A stretch of 64,000 bases of DNA, from positions 3,011 through 67,010 of the forward strand of contig CADEFD010000001.1 of assembly GCA_902826515.1 (NCBI GenBank). The letters are read 5' to 3'. Positions 8,898 to 16,166 of this stretch are shown one piece after another. Positions within the stretch are counted from its first letter, which is position 1; each line of letters opens with the position of its first letter. The notes under the pieces are model-generated. The model worked only from the letters and a program-made list of their open reading frames with translations. It ran no database searches and was not told the origin of the DNA. The position numbers and the translations under genes were made by a program. This DNA comes from an uncultured Acidobacteriota bacterium (GTDB lineage: Bacteria > Acidobacteriota > Vicinamibacteria > Vicinamibacterales > UBA2999).

Positions 8898-9566
8898 TTA
8901 CGGCCGGTAGACGAACCGTGCCCGCCGCCGTACGTCGGCGGACGGACGCGTGAGACGCGCCCGCGCCCACTGCGCGGCGTCATCATCCAGATCGAAGCCG
9001 CCGTCGCGCAGGTCGGCGAAGTCGCGGGCGTCGATGCGCGCGCGCATCAGCCCGTGCCGGGCGTGACCGGCCGTATTCAGCAGATGGTGACCCACCTCGT
9101 GGGCGATGGCGCGCCCGAGCACCACGCCGATCTGGCGATGCGCGAGGGCTGAGGGCGCGTCGGCAAGGCCCGCGGCCGCCACGACGCGGCGCGCCGCCGC
9201 CATCGAGGCAATGGCCATCGGCTGCCCGTGCCCATCCTCGAGGAGTTCCGCCACCGGCCACTGGTGTGGGTCAGGACGCGCCGAGGCGCCTGCGGCCGAC
9301 ACGATGAGCACGCGCATGTGCGCGGTCGCGGCCGGCGCGTCACCGGCTCCCGCGAGCGCGATCGCCACCCCTTCCCGGTGCCAGATCTGCTGCACTTCCC
9401 GCAGGGCGGCATCGCGCACGGCGGCGGGAAGCGCCATTGACGTCGTGACGATCAGGCGCAGGCGTGGCGGCGCCACGGCCGCCGCATCGTCCGCAGCGGA
9501 GAGCGGCGCCGACACGGCCACGAGGCCGGCGCACACGAGCGCCCACGGCCAGCCATCGATTCGCAC
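8898..9566 (-). CDS. Small secreted putative zinc metalloprotein (HExxH)
   Basis: ORF 8898..9767 trimmed to GTG at 9566, giving (M)RIDGWPWALVCAGLVAVSAPLSAADD (signal peptide). It contains AIAHEVGHHLLNTAGHARHGLMR. The start is uncertain. Confidence 0.6.
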   Translation of the reverse strand: MRIDGWPWALVCAGLVAVSAPLSAADDAAAVAPPRLRLIVTTSMALPAAVRDAALREVQQIWHREGVAIALAGAGDAPAATAHMRVLIVSAAGASARPDPHQWPVAELLEDGHGQPMAIASMAAARRVVAAAGLADAPSALAHRQIGVVLGRAIAHEVGHHLLNTAGHARHGLMRARIDARDFADLRDGGFDLDDDAAQWARARLTRPSADVRRRARFVYRP

Positions 9567-9697
9567 GACGCCTTGTCGCACGAACGTTTCAGGTGTGTCA
9601 ACGAAGAATCGACGACGTAACAGGGGCCGGAGGCCAGGGGCGAGGCTCGAGCCCGCAGGACTTACCCCGTCTTCACCCCGCCGTACGGGCGGCTGTG

Positions 9698-10246
9698 ATG
9701 TCCGACCGCAAGACTCGAAGGATGTTGCGCCGCCTGCTGGTCGCCCTGCTCCTCGTGTCGTCCACACCAGCGAACGCAGACCCGGTCACGGCGTTCCCTC
9801 CCGGTGTGCGGCCGCTGCGGAGCTGGATCGCGGACATGATCGGCCGTGCGCGTCCGCTGTCACCAACACTCGACAGGCTCCTGACGGAGGTCGGGGCCCG
9901 GCCGCTCGTCGTCTACGTGGACGAGCTCAGCAGCCCGGACGTCCCTTACGACGGCCGGCTCAGCTTCATCGGCGCCTCGCACGGCTACCGCTTCCTGCGC
10001 ATCGAGCTTCGCCAGCTGCCCGCCGCGTCGGCGGCGGCCGTGCTCGCGCATGAACTCCAGCACGTGCGTGAAGTAGCAGGCGCCGCCGTGGCGTCCCGCC
10101 AGGACTTCGAAGCGCTGTATCGCCGGATCGGAGTGGACGCGACAGACAGCGGTGGCCGGCGTTACGACACGGCCGCCGCGGTCGCCTCTGGCGAGGCGGC
10201 GATGCGCGAGCTCACAAGTGCGGCGCGCGGGTCACACGACCGCTGA
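9698..10246 (+). CDS. Small secreted HExxH protein, paralog of 55896-56468
   Basis: ORF 9464..10246 trimmed to MSDRKTRRMLRRLLVALLLVSSTPANA. It contains VLAHELQHVREVAGAAVASRQDFEALYRRIG...YDTAAAVASGEAAMREL. This aligns by eye with VIAHELQHAREIADAAAVTQNQVRQLFERIG...YETAGAITAGMRVWREL in the gene at 55896-56468. Confidence 0.7.
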   Translation: MSDRKTRRMLRRLLVALLLVSSTPANADPVTAFPPGVRPLRSWIADMIGRARPLSPTLDRLLTEVGARPLVVYVDELSSPDVPYDGRLSFIGASHGYRFLRIELRQLPAASAAAVLAHELQHVREVAGAAVASRQDFEALYRRIGVDATDSGGRRYDTAAAVASGEAAMRELTSAARGSHDR

Positions 10247-10260
10247 CGGCGTGCCGGCCG

Positions 10261-11025
10261 TCAGTGCTCCTCGAGCCAGTCCGCGAACTCGACGACTCGG
10301 TAGCCGGGAAACCGCGCCTCGGGCGCTCGCAGCCGAGACTGGTCGACCCCGGGCGCGATCTTCACCACCGACAGACTCGTGCCGTCTCCGGCACCGGCAT
10401 ACTCGAGCGGCAGCAGCTGGTCGGCGTTCCACCACAACGCGCCGCGGGCACCGGCGGTCGTGACGCGCGTCTTGAGGAACGGCAGTCCAGCCACGCGGCG
10501 CGCCTCACCCGACGCCGCGGTCACGGCACGCGCATCCACGCCCATCGTGAGCACGTGTGCCCAGCCGGGAATGCCGAGCGTCATGCGCAGGTCGCTCTCG
10601 CTGTAGACGACGATCGTCTTCTCCGCGTGCTGCACGGCCGAGGCGGCGACCCGTCGCGGATCCACTGGATTGCGCTCGAACAGCCACTCGACGCCGGTCG
10701 CCGTGGCGACATGCACGCGGTCCGCGGTGCGCGTCACCGTCTGGGTGCGCGTCTGCGCGCGAGCGCCGGTGCGGGTCGTGACCCGGACCTCGAGCGTGAG
10801 CGGCTGCACGCCTTCTGCCCCGGGCGGCAGGGGCGGCGGCGGTTCGGGCACGGCGGCCGTGAGGCGCCGCGCCGGCAGCACGGGCACGGCGAGTTCGTCG
10901 TCTCCGCGCTCTGCCGCGGGAGCAGCCTTCTGGACGCGGGCCGGCCCCTGAGATGTCGGCGAGCCCTCGGACGAGGCGGCGGCAGACAGGACGAACAGCA
11001 CCAGAAGCAGAACGGAAGAAGACAT
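10261..11025 (-). CDS. Secreted hypothetical protein
   Basis: MSSSVLLLVLFVLSAAASSEG signal peptide, a Pro-rich linker, then non-repetitive sequence with normal composition. I recognise no family. Confidence 0.7.
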   Translation of the reverse strand: MSSSVLLLVLFVLSAAASSEGSPTSQGPARVQKAAPAAERGDDELAVPVLPARRLTAAVPEPPPPLPPGAEGVQPLTLEVRVTTRTGARAQTRTQTVTRTADRVHVATATGVEWLFERNPVDPRRVAASAVQHAEKTIVVYSESDLRMTLGIPGWAHVLTMGVDARAVTAASGEARRVAGLPFLKTRVTTAGARGALWWNADQLLPLEYAGAGDGTSLSVVKIAPGVDQSRLRAPEARFPGYRVVEFADWLEEH

Positions 11026-11034
11026 CAGCGCCTC

Positions 11035-11070
11035 AAAAAAAATGCGGGACCGCGCCCCATGCGCGGCCCC
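11035..11070 (-). terminator. Intrinsic terminator after the alkaline phosphatase gene
   Basis: On the minus strand: GGGGCCGCGC-ATGGG-GCGCGGTCCC hairpin (11046-11070) followed by GCA and an 8-nt T run (A run 11035-11042 on the + strand). It lies about 22 nt after the stop at 11092. Confidence 0.7.
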
Positions 11071-11091
11071 GCCAACAGGGACGAACGTCGT

Positions 11092-12630
11092 TCAGAAACC
11101 GAGCGCCTTCTTCATCGTGAAGAAGATGTGCGTGTTCTTGACCGTGCCGCGCACGCGTTCCGCACCGGGGCCGATCGCGTAGATCGCCACGTCTTCGCCG
11201 GCGTGGGTTTCCGCGCCCACCGTGGGCACGGCGGCTTCCTGGAGGTAGGCCGGATCCGCCGGGCCGCCCGGCACGACGCCGCCGAGGCCGGCGAACCCGT
11301 CGAGGCGCGGGTCCACGCGGGCGCCGCCGCGGTAGCCGGGACCGTTCTGGTAGCCGAGCACGGTGTAGGGCACGCCGTTGCGGTCGGTGGACTCTTCCAC
11401 CACGCCCGTGGCCTGGTTCAGGTCGTAGACCACGTCGAAGATGCCGTGGCCCGCCTGACCGGCCGTGGCGTAGCCGGGGCTGTAGGACGTGACGGCGTAG
11501 GGCAGCTCTTCGAGCGGACGCATCGGATAACCGGCGATCGTGAACACGTGGCTGTGGTCGGCCGATACGATGATGAGCGTGTCGCGCAGATCCACCATCT
11601 GCGCGGCGGCGCCGATGGCCTCGTCGAGGGCCTGCATGTCGGTCAGGGCGCGGTAGGCGTTGCCGGCATGATGCGCGTGGTCGATACGGCCGGCCTCGAC
11701 CTGCAGGAAGTAGCCGTCGCTCCGGCGCTTCGAGCCCTTCAGGAGCTCGATGGCCTTGATGGTCATGTCCTTCAGGCTCGGTTCACCACCGAGGTCGCGC
11801 GGACGGTCGTAATCGAACTCCATGTGGCTGCGCTCGAAGAGCCCGAGCACCGGTCCCTGGCCGGGCGTGAGCGCATCGAAGCCAGCCTTGTTCCACACGT
11901 AGCGGTAGCCGGCGCCCTGGAACTCGCTGCGCAGATCCCGGCCGTCGGTTCTGGACCCGCGATCGCCTTCTTCATCGGTCACCGTCGTCGGCACGAAGTG
12001 GCGGCGGCCGCCGCCGAGCAGCACGTCCACGCCCTTGCCGAGGCGTTCGTTGTAGGTCTCGGCCGTCGGCAGCGCCTGCAGGGCGATGTCGTTCTGATTG
12101 TTGCGCTGGTTGATGTGTGAATAGGTCGCGGCCGGCGTCGCGTGCGTGATCTCGGCCGTCGAGACGACGCCCACACGCATGCCGCGCTGCTTGGCCATCT
12201 CGAGCAGGGTCCACGGCTTCTCACCGTCGCCGTCACGATTGAAGTCGTTGGGCTCAGTGCCTTCGCCGAAGCCGATGACGCTCTGGTTCGTGTTGACGCC
12301 GGTCATCATCGCCGTCATGGTCGGCGCGCTGTCCGGGGTGATCGAGTCGGCCGAGAAGGTCTTCGAGAGCGCCGTGTAGGGCAACTGGTCGACGACGAGC
12401 TGGCCGCCGACACCCACGGAGTACACGCGCGCCGCCGTGACGGTCGACACGCCCATGCCGTCACCCACGAAGAAGATGACGTTCTTCGCGCGCCGGCGCG
12501 GCTCGCGCTCGTCATCGTCGCGCTCCGACCAGCCGCCGCCGGCGCCAAGGGCCGCACTCACGGCCGTGATGGCCAGCGCCGTCACGCCGGCCGTCTTCCA
12601 GGACTTGATCGAGAACACACGCTTCGGCAT
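11092..12630 (-). CDS. Alkaline phosphatase (PhoA family), secreted
   Basis: ORF 11092..13026 trimmed to MPKRVFSIKSWKTAGVTALAITAVSAALG (GAGGAG 6 nt upstream). Motifs seen: NVIFFVGDGMGVSTVTAARV and SADSITPDSAPTMTAMMTG (nucleophile-Ser region); VSADHSHVF and GAETHAGEDV metal-ligand motifs. Confidence 0.9.
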   Translation of the reverse strand: MPKRVFSIKSWKTAGVTALAITAVSAALGAGGGWSERDDDEREPRRRAKNVIFFVGDGMGVSTVTAARVYSVGVGGQLVVDQLPYTALSKTFSADSITPDSAPTMTAMMTGVNTNQSVIGFGEGTEPNDFNRDGDGEKPWTLLEMAKQRGMRVGVVSTAEITHATPAATYSHINQRNNQNDIALQALPTAETYNERLGKGVDVLLGGGRRHFVPTTVTDEEGDRGSRTDGRDLRSEFQGAGYRYVWNKAGFDALTPGQGPVLGLFERSHMEFDYDRPRDLGGEPSLKDMTIKAIELLKGSKRRSDGYFLQVEAGRIDHAHHAGNAYRALTDMQALDEAIGAAAQMVDLRDTLIIVSADHSHVFTIAGYPMRPLEELPYAVTSYSPGYATAGQAGHGIFDVVYDLNQATGVVEESTDRNGVPYTVLGYQNGPGYRGGARVDPRLDGFAGLGGVVPGGPADPAYLQEAAVPTVGAETHAGEDVAIYAIGPGAERVRGTVKNTHIFFTMKKALGF

Positions 12631-12649
12631 CCGCTGCTCCTCTGCCTCT

Positions 12650-12670
12650 GGCTCGATGGCAGATCGAGCC
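12650..12670 (-). promoter_or_regulatory. Perfect 8-bp hairpin in the spacer between the asparaginase-like gene and the phosphatase gene
   Basis: GGCTCGAT-GGCAG-ATCGAGCC, 20-40 nt upstream of the phosphatase ATG (12630). There is no T run. Its role (terminator, 5'UTR element or operator) is unknown. Confidence 0.25.
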
Positions 12671-12737
12671 GACGGCGGGAGCGTACCGGGCGGGCGTGAC
12701 GAGGCGGCTGCGCGCGCGTGACGAAGTGGTGACGCCG

Positions 12738-13223
12738 CTAGACCCGCTCGAACGTCGCGGTGTCGCGGTTCTTCCGCACCCCGTTCCAGAGGAAGTGCTG
12801 GCCGTTCATCGCGACGTAGACGCCCGGCGGCAGCACCTGCGCGAAGCTGAGGGCGCTGCCCAGATTGAAGAGGCCGTCGGAGCTGCCGAACGCGTACGGA
12901 ATCATCGCGCCGGTCAGCACGACGGTCTTGCCGGTGAGGTTGGCGGTGGCGATGGCCGCCGCCGTCTCGACCATCGTGTCGGTGCCGTGGGTGACGACGA
13001 TGCGATCGACCTCCGACTGCCGGCACTGCTCGACGACGAGCGCGCGATCGGCGTCGGTCATCTCGAGGCTGTCGATCATCATCAGCGTGCGGATCGACAC
13101 CGGCACGCGCGAGCGGCCCTTGTCGAGCATCTCCTGCACGTGCGTGTCCTTGAAGAACAGCCGCCCGCGCACTTCGTCGTATTCCTTATCGAACGTGCCG
13201 CCGGTGACCAGAATCCGGATCAT
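12738..13223 (-). CDS. Short asparaginase-domain protein
   Basis: ORF 12738..13319 trimmed to MIRILVTGGTFDKEYDE. The TGGT threonine motif and VVTHGTDTM motif of the L-asparaginase N-domain are present. The protein is only about 161 aa. Confidence 0.8.
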   Translation of the reverse strand: MIRILVTGGTFDKEYDEVRGRLFFKDTHVQEMLDKGRSRVPVSIRTLMMIDSLEMTDADRALVVEQCRQSEVDRIVVTHGTDTMVETAAAIATANLTGKTVVLTGAMIPYAFGSSDGLFNLGSALSFAQVLPPGVYVAMNGQHFLWNGVRKNRDTATFERV

Positions 13224-13268
13224 GGAATAATCCTGCGCACGCGGTCGCGGGCCGTTGGTTCGGTATTT

Positions 13269-13288
13269 CCCGAGCCCCGGGCCCCGAG
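13269..13288. repeat. GC-tract intergenic motif CCCGAGCCCCGGGCCCCGAG
   Basis: The exact reverse complement (CTCGGGGCCCGGGGCTCGGG) occurs at 52685-52704. A 13-nt core GAGCCCCGGGCCC occurs again at 30420-30432. All three sit 45 nt or less upstream of a + strand start codon (13303, 52745, 30450). Confidence 0.75.
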
Positions 13289-13302
13289 ACCCGGGACCCG
13301 CC

Positions 13303-13611
13303 ATGTACGCCATCGCCATTGTCCGCTATCGCCGGCCCATCGACGAAGTCGAAGCGGCCACGCCCGTGCACCGCACCTACCTGCGTCAGCTGAAAGCCGA
13401 GGGGAAACTCGTGGCCTCGGGCCCGATGGACCCGCGCTACGGCGGCATCTTCCTGCTGAAGGTGTCGGACGACAACCCGCAGCGCGACCTCGACGCCATC
13501 CGCGACGGCGATCCGTTCTACCAGCAGCACATCGCGCAGTACGAGCTGCACTGCTGGAACGTGGTGGTCGGCAAGGACGACCTGGACCGCATCACGGCGC
13601 CGCCGGTCTAG
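13303..13611 (+). CDS. YciI-like protein
   Basis: ORF 13255..13611 trimmed to MYAIAIVRYRRPIDEVEAATPVHRTYLRQLKAEGKLVASGPM...DPFYQQHIAQYELHCW. Length and pattern are typical of the YCII family. Confidence 0.8.
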   Translation: MYAIAIVRYRRPIDEVEAATPVHRTYLRQLKAEGKLVASGPMDPRYGGIFLLKVSDDNPQRDLDAIRDGDPFYQQHIAQYELHCWNVVVGKDDLDRITAPPV

Positions 13612-13623
13612 CGGCCGCACGCC

Positions 13624-15690
13624 TCAGCGGCCGGGCCACGGCGGCAGCCACGACGCCGAGAACACCGTGCCGCCCCCGCGGAGCCCGCGCGCGAGATCCA
13701 CGCGCGCCCGGCCGCCGCCGCGCGGCAGCGCTATCCGCAGGCCGGCGCCGGCATCCACCTGCAGCGGCACGGCGGGCCCGGCGCCGCGCCATGCGCGGGC
13801 GGCGTCGACGAAGAGCGCGGCCTGCACCATCGACAGCGCGCGGTGCCCCACGGGGCGCTGCCACTCGGCCGACGCGTGTACGAGCCGGCGGCCGAACACC
13901 CCGTCCACGACCCCGTCATCGAGCAGCGGATGCGCGCGCAGCAGGGGCGCCCGGCCGAAGCCGGTGCCGGCGCCTGCCCAGAGGTCCGGCGGCGCGGCTG
14001 TGCCCGCCACGCTGGCGCCGCTCTCGATCTGCCACGACGAACGCGTGGTGTCGGTCGAGGACCGCCAGGAGGCGCGTGTGCCGGCCACGGCGAAGCCGCG
14101 CGTGACGCCCCGCGGCGACCAGCCGCCAGCTTCCGCGAGGATCGCGAGACGATCGCCGGCCGCGCGTGTGTCGAGCGCGAGCGACACGGCGCCGTGTCGC
14201 CGTCCGCGCCACGTGTCGATGGCCAGACCCGCTTCCCAGCGCAGCCACGGCGTGAGCCAGTCGCCCATCCGCACGCCGCCACGCCGGCGCGTCCACTGCT
14301 CGGTACGGCCGGGATCGTCCGGCGCCGCCACGCGGTAGGTCTGGCGCTCCCAGGCGATGTCCACGCTGATGTTGCCGGGCAGCCCGGCTGGCGACGGCGT
14401 GACCAGCGCCAGCGCCACGCGCGGCCGGCGCTCCCACCAGCGCAGGCTGGCCGTCACGACTTCGCCGCTGCCGGTGGGCGATGCGATCGCGACGCCCGCC
14501 TCACGATGCAGGGCCGCGCGCGCGGCGCCGAGCGTGATGGGCACCCAGTGTCGCGGCAGGGGGGCGCGTTCGGCCACGGCCACGTCCACTTCGGCGAGTC
14601 CATTCGCGATCGGGCGGTAACTCACGCGCGTGCTGGCGGCAGCCGGCAGGTCGGCGAGCCGGCGGCGCGCCAGGCCGAGCCGCGCCGCGGTGAGTGGCGC
14701 GCGAGGCGGCAGGTCGGCCACGGCGGTGATGATCGGATGGCGCGTGCGCCTGGCGCCATCAACGCGCACGAGGTCCACGATGGGGCGCCCGATGTGGTTC
14801 CAGGCGTCGAGCGCCGCGTCCGGGCGGCCGTCGAGATAGAGGCTCGTGGCCAGCAGATCCCAGCCGGGCGCGTCGGCGGGCTCGAGGTCCGCGGCGCGGC
14901 GCGCGGCGGCACTGGCGTCGTCCCAGCGCTCCTGCAGGAACTGTACGCCGGCGAGTTCGCGCCAGACCGACGCCGCTCGCGGGCAGAGCGCCGCCGCGGC
15001 GCGCAGCCCCGGCTCGGCGCCGGCCGGATCGCCGGCTCGCGCGCGTGTCACCATCGCCGCGACGAGCGCGTCACACGGCGTCGCCGCCGCCACCGGCGTC
15101 TCGGGCGCGCCCGCGAGTACTGGCTCGGTCGCTGGTTCCGCCGCCAGAGGCTCAGCACTCGGCGCTGCCAGGGTAATCGTCACCGCCCAGCGGCGAGCGG
15201 CCGCCCAGGCGTCGTCGAAGTCGGCCCGGCTCAGCACGCGGAAGGGCGCTCGCGCCGGGTCGTGCAGCACGACGTGATCGCGCGTCCATGCCACCACGAC
15301 CACGTAGTGAAAGCGGTCGGGCGACACGCGCACGAGCGCGATGACCGGCCGTCCGAGCGCCACTTCGGATCCGACCGCGTCGCCGCCAGCCAGGTCGCGC
15401 ACGCGCCAGCCGCGCCGCCGCACCTCGGCGGCGAGCACGTCGGTGCGGATCCCGGCGGCACTGCGATCGACGAGCGGCGCGAAGTCTTCCGCAAAGGTCT
15501 GACGCGCGCCCCAGTACCGCAGCACCATCGCCACGGCGGCGCCGCCGCAGAGATCGGCGGACTGCGTCACGTAGGGCACGTCGAGCAGCCGCGACGGCCC
15601 GCCGCCGCCCGACACGGGCTGGGCGGCGGCCATCGCGGAGCCGGTCGCGATCCACATCGCAACGGCCGCTCCCCACCACGAGCGTGTCAT
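13624..15690 (-). CDS. Secreted C39-like cysteine peptidase fused to TPR-like region, POTRA-like domain and Omp85/surface-antigen-type beta-barrel
   Basis: ORF 13624..15951 trimmed to MTRSWWGAAVAMWIATGSAMAAAQP. Domains seen in order: VPYVTQSADLCGGAAVAMVLRYWG plus FHYVVVVAWTRDHVVLHDP (Cys/His of the C39-like fold); TPR-like WRELAGVQFLQERWDDASAAARRAADLEP...; POTRA-like IVDLVRVDGARRTRHPIITAVADLPPRAPLTAARLGLARRRLADLP...LAEVDVAVAER; and an Omp85-like C-terminus ALFVDAARAW...VDAGAGLRIALPRGGGRARVDLARGLRGGGTVFSASW. Confidence 0.75.
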   Translation of the reverse strand: MTRSWWGAAVAMWIATGSAMAAAQPVSGGGGPSRLLDVPYVTQSADLCGGAAVAMVLRYWGARQTFAEDFAPLVDRSAAGIRTDVLAAEVRRRGWRVRDLAGGDAVGSEVALGRPVIALVRVSPDRFHYVVVVAWTRDHVVLHDPARAPFRVLSRADFDDAWAAARRWAVTITLAAPSAEPLAAEPATEPVLAGAPETPVAAATPCDALVAAMVTRARAGDPAGAEPGLRAAAALCPRAASVWRELAGVQFLQERWDDASAAARRAADLEPADAPGWDLLATSLYLDGRPDAALDAWNHIGRPIVDLVRVDGARRTRHPIITAVADLPPRAPLTAARLGLARRRLADLPAAASTRVSYRPIANGLAEVDVAVAERAPLPRHWVPITLGAARAALHREAGVAIASPTGSGEVVTASLRWWERRPRVALALVTPSPAGLPGNISVDIAWERQTYRVAAPDDPGRTEQWTRRRGGVRMGDWLTPWLRWEAGLAIDTWRGRRHGAVSLALDTRAAGDRLAILAEAGGWSPRGVTRGFAVAGTRASWRSSTDTTRSSWQIESGASVAGTAAPPDLWAGAGTGFGRAPLLRAHPLLDDGVVDGVFGRRLVHASAEWQRPVGHRALSMVQAALFVDAARAWRGAGPAVPLQVDAGAGLRIALPRGGGRARVDLARGLRGGGTVFSASWLPPWPGR

Positions 15691-15709
15691 GGTGCGATCG
15701 GAGGCGCGG

Positions 15710-16099
15710 TCAGTTGGCGAGCAGGATGACGATGATGATGACGAGCAGCAGCGTCGTCGTGGAGATGACGACCGTGCTCGCGCCGCCGGCGAGTGCCGCC
15801 GACTCGACGGCCGTGGCCTGCTGGGCCGCGGCAGCCAGCTCCGGGCCGGCCATCGTCGCGACGGCACTCGTGGCCTGCGCCATGTCGAGGCCCATGCGGG
15901 CCGCCACCGCGCGCACGTCGTCGCGCCCGAGCACACGCTGCACGGCGTCACGCTGCGCGCGTTCGTTGTCGGCGCGGCCGGCCAGCGCGGCGCTCAGCGC
16001 CTGGCTGTCGACCACGCGGGTCTGCCCTGCGAATGCGGGAGATGTGTAACACATTGCCCCGACAAGGCAGCCCGCTACACACCGGTTCAGTCTGTTCAT
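15710..16099 (-). CDS. Small secreted, C-terminally anchored protein (PA2779-family-like)
   Basis: ORF 15710..16219 trimmed to MNRLNRCVAGCLVGAMCYTSPAFA (GGAG upstream). It has an Ala/Gln-rich body, then ...AVESAALAGGASTVVISTTTLLLVIIIVILLAN. It ends 19 nt before the peptidase-barrel gene. Confidence 0.7.
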   Translation of the reverse strand: MNRLNRCVAGCLVGAMCYTSPAFAGQTRVVDSQALSAALAGRADNERAQRDAVQRVLGRDDVRAVAARMGLDMAQATSAVATMAGPELAAAAQQATAVESAALAGGASTVVISTTTLLLVIIIVILLAN

Positions 16100-16166
16100 A
16101 TCCGTAGCTCCTCGGCAGAGCCACGGTGCAAGGGGAACGCCAGTCCCGCCGTGCTGGCGGCGGCGC

